IMG/VR virus record: IMGVR_UViG_3300037255_000025
Span: 64,001 to 128,000 of that record
Length of the DNA stretch: 64,000 nucleotides
Direction: 5' to 3' (one strand)
Source: a virus
Taxonomy: Duplodnaviria; Caudoviricetes
Under the pieces are notes generated by a model, which saw only the letters and a program-made list of their open reading frames with translations, was not told where the DNA came from and made no database searches. The translations under genes and the position numbers were made by a program. Shown piece after piece: positions 29,174 to 39,852 of the stretch; the stretch's first letter is position 1; each line of letters starts with the position of its first letter.

Positions 29174-29428
29174 ATGAACTGGGAACGGGCTCGACTGATC
29201 GCGAAGGACTTGTTTCCCCGACGGCGGCCGGTCCGGATGGGCTTGGTTGAGCGGCGCGGGGATCTCCTGGTCTTGAGCGTCGAGGGCAGCGAGGACGTGT
29301 TGGTGCTGTACGGCGAGGGGCTTCAGGGTGTCCTGGAGGGCGCGGCGGCGGCCCGCGACTGTGTGGTCGTGCGCGAGAGTGAGCTGCCCGGCTTCTTCGG
29401 CCACGTAGGGCAGAAGCTTCCTGCATGA
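29174..29428 (+). CDS. Hypothetical protein
   Basis: Lies between sbcD and sbcC, ATGA overlap. Confidence 0.65.
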   Translation: MNWERARLIAKDLFPRRRPVRMGLVERRGDLLVLSVEGSEDVLVLYGEGLQGVLEGAAAARDCVVVRESELPGFFGHVGQKLPA

Positions 29429-31200
29429 GGGTCTTGGAGATCCAGACCGAGCGCTTCATGGCGCTGGCGCCGACGCGGATCCGGTTTCCTCGGTCGGGTG
29501 TCGTGTTGATCACCGGAGGCAACGGCGCGAGCAAGACGAGCCTGCTGGAAGCCATCGCGGTGGGCCTGTACGGCAAGACTCTCCGGGGCACGCCTTGGTG
29601 GCCGGCGGGCGCGCTCGGGTCTTCGGCGGTCGTCGTGACCGACCTGGTTGAGGCGCGTCGCGTCCGTAAGGGCGACAGGGTCTCGCTCGCGTGGAGGCCG
29701 AACGGCAACGAGCCCGCGGGGCGCGCGCTCTTGGCTTCGCGGGGGCTCGAAGGGGCCTCGATGGACGAGGAGTTCAAGAGCTACGAGACCGCGACGCAGG
29801 CCCAGGAGGCGCTGTCGGCGGTCATCGGGACGTTCGACTCATGGCGCCGGTCGAGCTGTTTCAGCGCGGACGACGCCCAGCACTTCAGCGGCGCGACCGA
29901 CGCGGAGCGCAAGCGGCTGCTCGAGGCGATGCTGGGGTTGGATCGGTTCGATGCCGCGCTCGAGGCGTGCCGCGCGGACCTGCGGACCTTTTCCGACCTT
30001 GCGGTGTCGTGCGCGTCGATCCAGGACACCCTACAGCGCGAGCGCGACGTCCTGCGGGCACGGTTGACCCAGTACGAGACCGAGTTGGCCCGGGCGTTGG
30101 AGGACCTGGTGGTCCTGGTGTGCGATGAACTGCCCCGCGGGCGGTCGAGTGCAGCCTTGCGCGTACCCCCGTCGGACGCGATGGTCGCGGCGGCGTTGAA
30201 AGACGCGAGAGCACTAGACGCGATCGAGGCTGAGGCGATCCAGGCGGTCGGGCGCGTGCAGTCCGACTTGGTGCGAGCCCGCCGGGCCGTTGGGCTGTTC
30301 GCTTCGGGTCGGTGCCCGACGTGCGGCGCGGACGCGGTGGGCTTGTGCGACGACCATGCGGCCGAGGTCGACCGGGCGCTCGTGGCGGAGCAGGAGGCCG
30401 CGTACGCGCGCAACATCGCCCGGGCGGACGCCGAAGAGGCTCGGTGGTTGTTGTCCGCGCTCCAGCAACGCCGCGTGGAGCACACCGTGGCCGAGGACAA
30501 GTTCAAGACCGCGGCGATTGCGCGCGGGCGAGCGAACGGTCGTGTACGCGAATACCAAGAGGGAGTGGACAGGCTCAAGGAGGAACTGGAGGCGAGTCGG
30601 GTGGCTTGGGAGGATGCGGCGCATAACCGCGCGCAGGCCGACCAGCGTGTTCAGCTCCTCCGGGCAGCCGAGGCTGTGTTGGGACTACGGGGGTTCCGCG
30701 CACACCTCCTGGCCGACAACCTCGCGGGCCTGTCGGCGGTCGCGAACGCGTGGCTTCCTCGCCTCGGCATGCCCGACATCCGGGTCAAGCTCCACCCGTA
30801 CACGGAGAAGAAGTCGGGCGGCGTCTTGGACTCGATCAGCCTCGACGTCGCGGGCGTCGGGGACGGCTACGGCTACCGCGCGGCTAGCTCGGGGGAGCGT
30901 CGCCGCATCGACGTCGCGATCCTGTTGGCGCTCGCGGAGGTCGGGCAGGCCGCGGCGGCTCAGACGGGCAGCACGCTTTGCTTCGACGAGGTCTTCGACC
31001 GGCTCGACAGTACGGGCATCGCGGCCCTGATGGGTGCGCTCGAGGACCTGGCGCGAGACCGGGTTGTCCTGTTGGTGACACACAACGAAGAGGTCGCGCG
31101 AGGGGTAAGGGCGGCGATGACGATCCGGATGGACGCGGGCGTCGCGACGGTCTCTCCCGAGCAGGCCTTCGACGACGCAGGAGACACGCGCGGTGGCTGA
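29425..31200 (+). CDS. sbcC: SbcC/Rad50-like ATPase
   Basis: GGNGASKT, coiled coil with CPTC zinc hook, SSGERRR signature, FDEVFD, LVTH. Confidence 0.93.
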   Translation: MRVLEIQTERFMALAPTRIRFPRSGVVLITGGNGASKTSLLEAIAVGLYGKTLRGTPWWPAGALGSSAVVVTDLVEARRVRKGDRVSLAWRPNGNEPAGRALLASRGLEGASMDEEFKSYETATQAQEALSAVIGTFDSWRRSSCFSADDAQHFSGATDAERKRLLEAMLGLDRFDAALEACRADLRTFSDLAVSCASIQDTLQRERDVLRARLTQYETELARALEDLVVLVCDELPRGRSSAALRVPPSDAMVAAALKDARALDAIEAEAIQAVGRVQSDLVRARRAVGLFASGRCPTCGADAVGLCDDHAAEVDRALVAEQEAAYARNIARADAEEARWLLSALQQRRVEHTVAEDKFKTAAIARGRANGRVREYQEGVDRLKEELEASRVAWEDAAHNRAQADQRVQLLRAAEAVLGLRGFRAHLLADNLAGLSAVANAWLPRLGMPDIRVKLHPYTEKKSGGVLDSISLDVAGVGDGYGYRAASSGERRRIDVAILLALAEVGQAAAAQTGSTLCFDEVFDRLDSTGIAALMGALEDLARDRVVLLVTHNEEVARGVRAAMTIRMDAGVATVSPEQAFDDAGDTRGG

Positions 31201-32143
31201 CCTAGGGCGACGGCTACAGATCGTAAGCGGGGAGAAGGGGAAAGGCCGGAGCTTCACCGCGGAGGTCCTGGCGATGGCCAGCGCGAACGTGTGGGACAAG
31301 CACGAGTCCAACGCGACGAAGGAGCGGCCCGCGTTCGTGATGCTGGCCTGTCAGCAAGAGGAAGCGCTGCCGGTCTTGGCGAACCTTCGAGCGGGCCACG
31401 GTGCGTTCCTGTCGGGTGAGGGTGTATACGGGAAGGGCGTCGCGTTCGAGACGTTGAAGTCCTCGCGGTACCGTTGGGGGTCGCAGCGGATCGCGCTCCC
31501 GCGGGGCCAGGGTGCGGTCGTGTTGACCGGGCGCGTACCGGGCGTGACGCTGGTGGACCCCGGGCCGCAGGACCCCGCGGCCGACGTCAACTTCCTGATC
31601 GTGCCGCCGCGCGCGCGTCTCGAGCAGGAGACCGCGCGGTTGCCCGCGCGGGAGATGCTCGAGTACGGGGCTGCGCTGCTCCGTCCGCAGCTCTTCCGCG
31701 ACGGGGGCGAGCGGTGGAACCGGGCCGAGGTCCCGGTGGACGGACCGCTATGGCGTTTCATGCCCGCGATGGCGCTGTGGTTCTGTGCGTGCTTGGACCG
31801 CCGCACGGGTGTGCCGATCTTGCCGGACCCGCTCTTTCAGGTGCGCCTGTACTTGGCGGCCCTGTACGCGGGGCTCGCGAGCTGGTCGAAGCACGACGGC
31901 CAGAGCAACTACGGGAGCGACGTGCGGTTCGGTCGGCGCGGCGTCTACCTGTCGGAGTGGGGGTACGCGGGGTCCGGGCTCGCCCCGGGTGTCGCGTGTT
32001 CGACGAGTCAGGAACGGCTCCGCGGCCTGTTGGTCCAAGAGGTCCGGGCGTGGGGCCGGGACCGCGTGCTGGGCTCGACCCGGACCCCGGCCCAGTTGAA
32101 GCTTTGGCGTGCTGAAGGCGATCACGAAGAGGAGGCCGCGTAG
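31193..32143 (+). CDS. Hypothetical protein upstream of the MTase-helicase
   Basis: Long ORF with GGAG RBS. Confidence 0.7.
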   Translation: MADLGRRLQIVSGEKGKGRSFTAEVLAMASANVWDKHESNATKERPAFVMLACQQEEALPVLANLRAGHGAFLSGEGVYGKGVAFETLKSSRYRWGSQRIALPRGQGAVVLTGRVPGVTLVDPGPQDPAADVNFLIVPPRARLEQETARLPAREMLEYGAALLRPQLFRDGGERWNRAEVPVDGPLWRFMPAMALWFCACLDRRTGVPILPDPLFQVRLYLAALYAGLASWSKHDGQSNYGSDVRFGRRGVYLSEWGYAGSGLAPGVACSTSQERLRGLLVQEVRAWGRDRVLGSTRTPAQLKLWRAEGDHEEEAA

Positions 32144-32343
32144 TGGGCGCACATCTGGTCCGTGGAGAGTTTCAGTCCGATAAGTACCCCACCTGTCCGC
32201 CTGGCAAGGTCCCGTTGAGCGTACGGGACCCGATGGCGCAGGATCTACTCTGGGAGTACGCGCAGAGACGAAGGGCGGTCGACGCCGAGTTCTCGGATGA
32301 CCTCGAGACCGCGCTCCTTGCCGCAGGTTACGTGGCCGCTTAG
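32143..32343 (+). CDS. Small hypothetical protein
   Basis: TAGTG overlaps on both sides. Confidence 0.65.
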   Translation: MGAHLVRGEFQSDKYPTCPPGKVPLSVRDPMAQDLLWEYAQRRRAVDAEFSDDLETALLAAGYVAA

Positions 32344-35300
32344 TGGCGCGCGCAGCGGCACAGGCACTCGCGGGGTATTTCCCGGCGCCCAACGAGGCCG
32401 TCGATCTCGCGCTGTCGCGCGTCGCGCTCGACCCGGGCAACCACGTCGTGTTCGACCCATGCGCGGGTGAGGGGGCCGCGGTCTACCGCTTGGCCGCGGG
32501 CTTGTACGCGTCGCTGCCGCCGAAGGAGGCGAGCTACGTCGCGTACGACGACGCGCGGCCGACCTTGCCGGCGCTCAAGCATGTGTTCGCGTGTGAGATG
32601 GAGGCGGGGCGGCACGCGAAGCTTGACCAAGCGCGCTGGCAGCACCTCGGCAGCAAGGTGCCGGTCACGACAGCACGCGGCGACGCGTTCGCGCTCGACC
32701 TGGGACTCGACAGCAATAGCGACCCCGTGGGGCAGTGCTCGATCCTGTGGGCAAATCCGCCGTACGACCAGGACCCCGAGGCGGGTCCGGGCGGGCGTTT
32801 GGAAGAGCGTTGGCTGAAGCGGTTTACGCCCGCGCTGGCGCCGGGCGGGGTCCTGTTGTTCCTCGTGCCGTACTACGCGCTCGCGGCCTCAGCCGACACG
32901 ATCGCGCGTGAGTACGGCGTGGTGGAGTGTTGGCGGTTGCCCGGCGCGCTGTTCGACCAGTTCAAGCAGGTGCTGCTGGTCGCGCGGCGCGCTGCGGTGC
33001 CGCTGCACGAACCCGACGCCGCGGTCGCGCATCAGGTCAGGGCTTGGGCGGATGACGCTGACGCCACCCCCGAGCTGGGCGCAAGCCATCCGCCGCCCGT
33101 ACGGGTCCGCGGCCTAGAGGACGCGGCCACGGGCTTCGACGCGTTCTCGGTCCGCGCGCTGGACCTCGCGTTGGTTCGGGCTGCGTTGACCCCGTGGGAG
33201 TTCATCAAGCGAGGGTCCCGGGTCGCGGGCCGCGGTGTCCTGCCCGAGGGTCCGTTCGCGGACCTCATCACACGTCGTTACCCCGTTGCGACGCCGCCGC
33301 GCCCCCCGCACATCGCCGCCGGTATCGCGGCCGGCGCGTACAACGGCGCCCGTCTCCACAGCGACACCGCGGGCCTGCCCGACCTCTTGGTCAAGGGTTC
33401 GTTCTCCAAGCGGTTCCAGTGCGTCGAGGAGAAGTTCAATAAGGACGGGGATGTCGTGGCGGAGCTACAGGTCGAGCAGCCCCGGCTGGCCGTGACCGTG
33501 CTGGACCCCGCGGCGGGCCTGTACGTCGACCTGAAGGGTGAGGTCACGCCGAAGGTTGGGGCGACGCCGAAGCTCGCGGACTTCTCGGTGGGCGACCTCC
33601 TGCGACACTACGGGTCGTCGCTGATCGAGGTCCTGCGGCACCAGTGCCCCGCACTACATGACCCCTCACGCGACGAGGGCGTTCAGCCGGCGAGCTTTAC
33701 GCGGCAGCTCTTCCCGGCGCAGCGACACACGATCGCGGCGATCGTGAAGCTTCTCAAGGGAGAGGATCGGGCTGCCTTGCTGGTGGGCGAGACAGGTTGC
33801 GGCAAAACTGGGTGCAGTATCGCGGCCGTGACAGCGATGGGTTACCGCCGCCCGCTTGTGATGGCCCCCCCACACCTCGTTACCAAGAGCTGGCCCGACC
33901 AGGTTCGGGCTTGTTTGGGGGCCAAGGCGCGCGTCGTCGTCCTCGACAGCTTGGAGGCGGTCGACCGGCATGCCCGCGACCAGGATCCTGACGTTGTGTT
34001 TGCGATCTTGTCGCGGGAGGCCGCGAAGCTAGGCCACGCTTGGGAGGGCGCGGACCCTGGGTGGCGGACGGGACTGCCGCTCGCCGCGGGCTCGAAGGCT
34101 GGCGCGCGGGGCAAGAAACTCAAGCCGGTCAACCGTTGCCCTCGGTGCGGTTCACCCGTTCCGGTCGACGCTGACCAGGAGCCGTTGATGCCGGAGGTGC
34201 TGGCGCGTCGTCGGGTCCGGTGTGAGGTGGAGCTACGGGTTCCGAAGCTACCGGAACACCCGGCGGCCCCGACGGACGAGGAGCGGCGCGAAGGGTCGAT
34301 GGCCCGTTGGGCTGAGCGCCTCGGGGCTCTCTTGGGCCCGTGTGCCCCGTCGGACGCGTTGGTGCGGGAGGTCGCGCCCCGCGTGACCCGGTGGCAGATG
34401 GCGCGTCTGCTCAAGAAGAAGCAGTCGCGACCCTGGACGGCGGAGCGCGGCCGCGCGGCCTTCCTGTTGCTCGCGGCGGAGCTTCGACGGGCTTGGCAGC
34501 GGGGTGCGGAGGTCGCGCCCGTGGACGCGAGGCTCTACCTCTTGGCGCTTCACGCGGCCGCGGACCCTCGGGCGGTCTTGTGGGAGGCCCGGCGGCTCTA
34601 CTGGGCCTCGCGGACCAACGTGGAGGACTCCTATGGGCGCGAGGAGGGTCTGCGCGGGCTCGCGCGGGAGCTGTTGCTGTTGCTGCCGCGGGCCGAGCAA
34701 GACCTCGCCGCCGTGGAGCTTCGCGGTCGAATTGAGCTGAAAGGTCGCTACGGCTGGGACTGGGACGACTGGAATCGGGCGCGGGTCGACGGGGGCGCGC
34801 GTTGGATCGGGGGGTTCTATGTAGAGACCCGCGGAATTTCTGTCACGGTCGACAAAGCCGCGTCGGGTTCGATCGAGGCCGCGCGCGCCGTGTTGGCTTT
34901 GGTCATGGCGTCCGCAGCCTGGACGACCTTGCCCCCGTGCGGGGAGCCCTTGTTCCAAGCAGTGCCGCGGCCCCGGCGTTACCCGCTGGCGAATTACATT
35001 CGGGAACGTTACCCGCGCTGTTTCGACGCGTTGATCCAGGACGAGGCCCATGAAAACGCCTCAATCGGCAGTGCCCAGGGTCTCGCGTCGCAGCAACTCC
35101 TGAACCTGCGGCTACCGACGATCGCCTTGACGGGCTCGGTGATGAACGGGTACGCGAGTTCGCTGTTCACGCTCTTGTGGGGCTTGTCGTCGAGGTTCCG
35201 CGCGGAGTACGCGCGGGCCGACCAGGTCCGGTTCGTGCGGGACTGTGGGTACGTGAAACGGATGGTCGAGGTGAGCGCCTCGGGCGCAACCAAGGAGACC

Positions 35301-36329
35301 AACTTTGGGGCCCAGACGGACCTCCGCGACGGGGGGAAGATCGTCGGGCAGGCGCCCGGGGTGCTGCCGGCGCTTCTGCTGCGCCACCTCCTGCCCATCG
35401 CGGTGCCGCTCCAGCTCGAAGACCTCGAGCAGGCGTTGCCGCCCAAGACCGAGATCACGGTCGAGATTGAACCGTCTCCTGAGCTGCTCCGGCGGTACCA
35501 GAAGATGGAGCGCGGCCTGCGCGACCAGATCAAGCAGGACCGCTTCGTGAAGGGACTGTCCGGCCGGTTGTTCGGCGCTCTGACCGAGATGGTGTCGGCG
35601 CCCGACCGGCTCTCGCACGACACCGGCAACGAGGGCGCGTCGCGGCCGAACGCGTGGGAGACGCGCTACCCCCCGGGGTGCAGCGCTGCGGGTGGTCTTG
35701 TGGCGAGCGCGGAGGCGTTCCCGGTCGACCACCTGTTGCCCAAGGAGCGGTGGTTGATCCGGACGCTATGGGCCGAGCGCGCGGAGGGCCGGCGCGTGAT
35801 GGTGTTCGGGTGGCACCGGTCGGTCCTCGACCGGCTCGCGCACCTGATCGCGGACCTGACGGAGGAGGCGGTCGTGGTGTTGGACCCGGGAAAGGTGGCG
35901 CCGAAGGTCCGGGGGGCCTGGATCGATCGGGAGGTTGTCGCGAAGGGCGTACCGTTCTTGGTCGTGAACCCCGTGTGCGTTCAAACTGGCCTAAACTGTC
36001 TCACCTGGTTCCACTCGGTGGTCTGGTATGAAAACCCAAATTTCAGCCCGACGATCCGTCGGCAGGCCAACGGGCGGATTCGTCGGATCGGCCAGGAGAA
36101 GGAAGCGCGCTTCTTCACGCCGACCGTGTCGGACACGATGCAGCCGCTGGCGATGGAGCTGCTGATGGTGAAGCAGGGCGTCTCCGAGGCGACCGAGGGG
36201 CTGGACGCCGAGGCGTCGTTCACGGCCTCGGGCGTGGGCGACCCGAGCAGCGTGATCGCGGGGCGGGAGATCGGCCAGGTGTTGTTTGAAAAGATGCAGG
36301 AGCGCGACGACGCCGCCAAGAAGCTCTAA
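32343..36329 (+). CDS. DUF6094-like N6-adenine methyltransferase fused to an SNF2-like helicase
   Basis: GYFPAP, FDPCAGEG, ANPPYD; GETGCGKT, QDEAHE, LTGSVMNGY, TGLN, QANGRIRRIGQ. Confidence 0.88.
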   Translation: MARAAAQALAGYFPAPNEAVDLALSRVALDPGNHVVFDPCAGEGAAVYRLAAGLYASLPPKEASYVAYDDARPTLPALKHVFACEMEAGRHAKLDQARWQHLGSKVPVTTARGDAFALDLGLDSNSDPVGQCSILWANPPYDQDPEAGPGGRLEERWLKRFTPALAPGGVLLFLVPYYALAASADTIAREYGVVECWRLPGALFDQFKQVLLVARRAAVPLHEPDAAVAHQVRAWADDADATPELGASHPPPVRVRGLEDAATGFDAFSVRALDLALVRAALTPWEFIKRGSRVAGRGVLPEGPFADLITRRYPVATPPRPPHIAAGIAAGAYNGARLHSDTAGLPDLLVKGSFSKRFQCVEEKFNKDGDVVAELQVEQPRLAVTVLDPAAGLYVDLKGEVTPKVGATPKLADFSVGDLLRHYGSSLIEVLRHQCPALHDPSRDEGVQPASFTRQLFPAQRHTIAAIVKLLKGEDRAALLVGETGCGKTGCSIAAVTAMGYRRPLVMAPPHLVTKSWPDQVRACLGAKARVVVLDSLEAVDRHARDQDPDVVFAILSREAAKLGHAWEGADPGWRTGLPLAAGSKAGARGKKLKPVNRCPRCGSPVPVDADQEPLMPEVLARRRVRCEVELRVPKLPEHPAAPTDEERREGSMARWAERLGALLGPCAPSDALVREVAPRVTRWQMARLLKKKQSRPWTAERGRAAFLLLAAELRRAWQRGAEVAPVDARLYLLALHAAADPRAVLWEARRLYWASRTNVEDSYGREEGLRGLARELLLLLPRAEQDLAAVELRGRIELKGRYGWDWDDWNRARVDGGARWIGGFYVETRGISVTVDKAASGSIEAARAVLALVMASAAWTTLPPCGEPLFQAVPRPRRYPLANYIRERYPRCFDALIQDEAHENASIGSAQGLASQQLLNLRLPTIALTGSVMNGYASSLFTLLWGLSSRFRAEYARADQVRFVRDCGYVKRMVEVSASGATKETNFGAQTDLRDGGKIVGQAPGVLPALLLRHLLPIAVPLQLEDLEQALPPKTEITVEIEPSPELLRRYQKMERGLRDQIKQDRFVKGLSGRLFGALTEMVSAPDRLSHDTGNEGASRPNAWETRYPPGCSAAGGLVASAEAFPVDHLLPKERWLIRTLWAERAEGRRVMVFGWHRSVLDRLAHLIADLTEEAVVVLDPGKVAPKVRGAWIDREVVAKGVPFLVVNPVCVQTGLNCLTWFHSVVWYENPNFSPTIRRQANGRIRRIGQEKEARFFTPTVSDTMQPLAMELLMVKQGVSEATEGLDAEASFTASGVGDPSSVIAGREIGQVLFEKMQERDDAAKKL

Positions 36330-36368
36330 CGCGGCGCTGACGAGGTAAGGAGCCCGCGGGAGGTCGTG

Positions 36369-36572
36369 ATGGCGAGGAAGCTAGGTGAGGCGGTCTGGGT
36401 CGCGGCGGGCGTGTTGGACAGCGCGCTCGACGTCGCGGAAGCGATGGTGCCGGGGTTCTCGCGGTCGCGCCTGGACTGGTGGGCGACGCGTGTCTGCTTC
36501 CGCTGGATTCGGGTCGCGGTTGCGCTCGGGTACGACGGCCCCGGCGGCGCTCACGAGCGCGGCGAGGCGTAG
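36369..36572 (+). CDS. Small hypothetical protein
   Basis: GGAGG RBS and upstream GGTAAGG motif. Confidence 0.5.
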   Translation: MARKLGEAVWVAAGVLDSALDVAEAMVPGFSRSRLDWWATRVCFRWIRVAVALGYDGPGGAHERGEA

Positions 36573-36574
36573 CG

Positions 36575-37099
36575 TTGAGCACGGATGCCTACATGTTCGT
36601 GGAGCACCAGACGCCCGACGGCTCCTGGTCTCTGGTCGAAAAGCGGGCGATTTTGGTTCGACGTCAGGCACGCAAGCTCTACCGGGCCGGCCCGCTGAAT
36701 GCCTCGCGGCTCCGCGCGGGCGAGGCCGCGCTGTTGCTCGAGTCGGAGTCGCTTGACCCGTTTCGCCGGTACGATCAGAACCGCTGGTTTCTGGAGCGGG
36801 ACTACGTGTTGTTCGGTCTGCTGTCGGGCGCGCGTGACCATCGCCAGCCGGTCTATTCTGTGCGGGGTTTCCCGGCGGATCTCAGCGACCTAGGTCGCGC
36901 GCAGTTGCCGCTTGGCCTGCTGGCGTGGGATGCCTACGGGACTTGGCTCACGACGGCGGAGCTTCGGGCGGTTGATACGGTCTACAGGGCCGTGACCGGG
37001 TTTCCGCAACACAGCACCGCCTTGTTCGTTGACACGATTCGTCCGATGCTATGGGCGGGGCCCCCGGACCGCGTCCGCGCCGTCATGTGGTTCTCTTGA
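36575..37099 (+). CDS. Conserved-looking phage hypothetical protein
   Basis: TDAYMFVE...RDYVLFGLLSGAR...RGFPADLS...RVRAVMWFS. Confidence 0.7.
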   Translation: MSTDAYMFVEHQTPDGSWSLVEKRAILVRRQARKLYRAGPLNASRLRAGEAALLLESESLDPFRRYDQNRWFLERDYVLFGLLSGARDHRQPVYSVRGFPADLSDLGRAQLPLGLLAWDAYGTWLTTAELRAVDTVYRAVTGFPQHSTALFVDTIRPMLWAGPPDRVRAVMWFS

Positions 37100-37527
37100 G
37101 CCTTCACCGGACCAGACCAGACGCCGGGTGGATCGCGGGGAAGCTCGCGGCGTGTCGCTATTGCGGGGGGCCGATCCCGTCGGGGCGGAGGACGTTTTGC
37201 TCGGGCCAACGGGGCCGGTTCCGTCGCGACCGCGGGGTCCTGCGGTTCCTCGTGCTTCCGGGTGGCTGCGTCCACGAGTTCTGCGTCCGGTCCAACGCTG
37301 CGTACGCGCGCAAGTGCGTTGAGGTCCGAGACGGTCGCGTGTGTGCTGTTTGCGGCGTCATGCAGCCCCGCGATGGTTGGCAGGCGGACCACATCGTGCC
37401 CGTCAGCCGGGGCGGCGGCGAGACCGGGCTCGACGGCTTGCGCACGCTGTGCACGGAGCACCACCGAGTCGAGACGAAGAAGCTGGCGCAGGAGCGCGCA
37501 GCCGAGAGGAGAGCGAAGAGATGTTGA
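37096..37527 (+). CDS. HNH endonuclease
   Basis: CRYC...RDGRVCAVC...WQADHIVPVSRGGG...LRTLCTEHH. Confidence 0.88.
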   Translation: MSLHRTRPDAGWIAGKLAACRYCGGPIPSGRRTFCSGQRGRFRRDRGVLRFLVLPGGCVHEFCVRSNAAYARKCVEVRDGRVCAVCGVMQPRDGWQADHIVPVSRGGGETGLDGLRTLCTEHHRVETKKLAQERAAERRAKRC

Positions 37528-38081
37528 AGACGAGGAAACGACTCTTGTGCGACGTCGACGGCGTGCTGGCCGACTTTGCGTCCGCCGCGACGGCCGTGGC
37601 GGTTCGCGTTCTCGGGATGCCGTTCCCTGCGAACGCCCAGGACGAGTGGGACATGTTCCGGCACCTCCAGCCGGAAGATCGAGCCCGCGTGTACGAGGCT
37701 CTGCACGAGCCGGGGTTCTGTCGTGGGCTACTGCCGCTCCCTGGTGCTGTCGAGGGAATGCGCGAGTTTCGGGGGGTCGCGGACGTGTACTTCGTTACGA
37801 GCCCCATGCAGGGCATGACGTGGACACGCGAGCGCGAGCTGTGGCTGGCCGAGCACTTCGGGGCGTCGACTCGGGAGATTATCCACACGTCCGCGAAGCA
37901 CGTGTGCGTCGGTGACGCCCTGCTGGACGACAAAGTGCAGAACGTGGTGTCGTGGCAACGCTACCACCCTGAGGGGGTCGGCATCGTGTGGGACGCGCAG
38001 TACAACCGTCGGGCTGCCGTGCTTCACCGTGCTCGATCGTGGTCGGACGTGACTTCGATTCTTGGAGGAGAACCAACATGA
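37521..38081 (+). CDS. 5'(3')-deoxyribonucleotidase (NT5C, HAD family)
   Basis: DVDGVLADF, FVTSP, LLDDK, YN. Confidence 0.9.
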   Translation: MLKTRKRLLCDVDGVLADFASAATAVAVRVLGMPFPANAQDEWDMFRHLQPEDRARVYEALHEPGFCRGLLPLPGAVEGMREFRGVADVYFVTSPMQGMTWTRERELWLAEHFGASTREIIHTSAKHVCVGDALLDDKVQNVVSWQRYHPEGVGIVWDAQYNRRAAVLHRARSWSDVTSILGGEPT

Positions 38082-39658
38082 TGAAGCGAACGATCCTGGG
38101 CGGCGTACGTGTGCTCTTGATCGACGACCTGTCTCCCGAGGACTTGGCCATGTGCATGGCCCTTTACGCGCGCTCCGGCGAGAGCGTCGAGGTCCACTAC
38201 GAGAAAGTCATGAAGGCGCGGCGGCGAGCGCTCTCGAGGGCGCTGGATCCGTGGGACTACCCCAACGGCGACCCGGAGGGCGACATCGTGGACGCCGTGA
38301 TGGATGTTTGGGGCGACAACCACCCGACCGCGCGCGCGGAGAAGCTCGGGAAGCAGTACGTTGTGGGGTACGGACACCGCAGCATCGCGGACAACGGGTA
38401 CACCGCACTGTTCTTCGAGGGCGTGTCGATGCTGGCCGCGAAGGCGATCCAAGACACGCCGCTGTACAACGGCCAGGAGATGTCCTCGCGGGCGGTTGAC
38501 TGTGGCGAGCAGCCCTACGTCGATCCGGTCGGTACCCCGGAGTCCCGCGCGGTGTTGGAAGGATGGCGCGCGTTGTACCGGCGCTGCTTGCTGGCTGCCG
38601 TGGACGAGACGATGGTGCGTCACCCGCGGCGCGAGCCCGAGGAGGACTTGGGCCAGTACAACCGCGCGGTCAACATGCGCGCGTTTGACGTCGCCCGGGC
38701 GATGCTGCCTTTCGGGTGCGCGACCCAGGTGGGTTGGAGCGGGACGCTGCGCCACGTCGGCGAGCGCCTCGGGGTCCTCAAGCACCATCCGAGCGCGGAG
38801 GTGCGGGCGCTCGCGGAGGTCGCGATCGAGCTGTGCCACGGGCGCTACCCGGGGTCCGGTTTCGGGGATGCGGTCGCGTCGGGCGTCGGGCTGCTGAACG
38901 AGCCGACCGAAGGCGCCATGGCACGCGACGCTTGGACCGCGCTCGCCGCGTCACTCGTGACCTACCGGCCGGAATTGGGTCGTCCGCTCAAGGAGAGCGT
39001 TTGCTACGACTTCGGTGAAATGAAGTCTGGCTGGCTCGGGAGCCCCGACCCCGACCTCGTGGAGGGTGAGCAGGCCTTTACCGAGAAGGTTCGTGATCTC
39101 CTCCAGTTGCGGCCGCGCGGCGCTTTGCTCCCGTGGAGCCTGACGAAGTACGGGCTGGCGGACTTTGAGTTCCCGCTGGACATGGGGTCCTGGCGCGACC
39201 TCCAGCGGCAGCGAGCGATGGTGGTGCCGACGCCGCTGCTCACGGCGGACCTCGGGTTCGAGCCGTGGTACCTCGACCAGTTGCCGGCACCCGGCGGCGA
39301 CAAGCGCGCGGGGAGCCTGGGGGACATCGGCGCGGAGGTCACGGCGTTGCTCCACCGGGCCAAGGCCGTGACGGACGACCCCGTGGCGCGGCAGTATTAC
39401 TTGCCGCTGGGCGCGAGGGTCCGCGCGCGCGTCTCGGCAGGTCTGCCGGGGCTCGTGTACTTCTTGGAGCTTCGGACGGGCAAGACCGTCCACCCGACGC
39501 TCCGCGCCCGGGCGCTCGAGATGGCACGTGCGTTCCGCCGGGGGTTTCCGGACGTTGCGATCCACGTTGACGAAGACCCGGATGGTTGGAGCCTGCGCAG
39601 GGGTGCCGCAACGCTCGCGGAACGCGTTAAGGTGGTTGAGTCAACGACCCCTCTCTGA
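38078..39658 (+). CDS. thyX: FAD-dependent thymidylate synthase (long two-domain ThyX type)
   Basis: ALYARS, YVVGYGHRSIAD, QEMSSR, FDVARAMLP, RDLQRQR, ELRT...HP. Confidence 0.8.
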   Translation: MMKRTILGGVRVLLIDDLSPEDLAMCMALYARSGESVEVHYEKVMKARRRALSRALDPWDYPNGDPEGDIVDAVMDVWGDNHPTARAEKLGKQYVVGYGHRSIADNGYTALFFEGVSMLAAKAIQDTPLYNGQEMSSRAVDCGEQPYVDPVGTPESRAVLEGWRALYRRCLLAAVDETMVRHPRREPEEDLGQYNRAVNMRAFDVARAMLPFGCATQVGWSGTLRHVGERLGVLKHHPSAEVRALAEVAIELCHGRYPGSGFGDAVASGVGLLNEPTEGAMARDAWTALAASLVTYRPELGRPLKESVCYDFGEMKSGWLGSPDPDLVEGEQAFTEKVRDLLQLRPRGALLPWSLTKYGLADFEFPLDMGSWRDLQRQRAMVVPTPLLTADLGFEPWYLDQLPAPGGDKRAGSLGDIGAEVTALLHRAKAVTDDPVARQYYLPLGARVRARVSAGLPGLVYFLELRTGKTVHPTLRARALEMARAFRRGFPDVAIHVDEDPDGWSLRRGAATLAERVKVVESTTPL

Positions 39659-39852
39659 AGGGAGGGGCTTGAGAAAGGAAGATTCACCACCTCTCCGATC
39701 AAGAGACCAAACCGTTGACTAGACATGTCGAAAGACAAGCTGAGCCAGCTAACCGTGGTAGGTTGAAACGACGTCTCGGGTGTCCCGCTAGCCCGGACCT
39801 TCTCGGCAGGCCAGCGTCGAAGCGAAGTACAGACAAGGGGCTTAACGCCATC
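39640..39852 (+). ncRNA. IsrB omegaRNA (HEARO-like) scaffold; guide is the upstream flank
   Basis: GTCAAC...GTTGAC pairing, multi-hairpin leader directly before a PLMP ORF. Confidence 0.82.
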
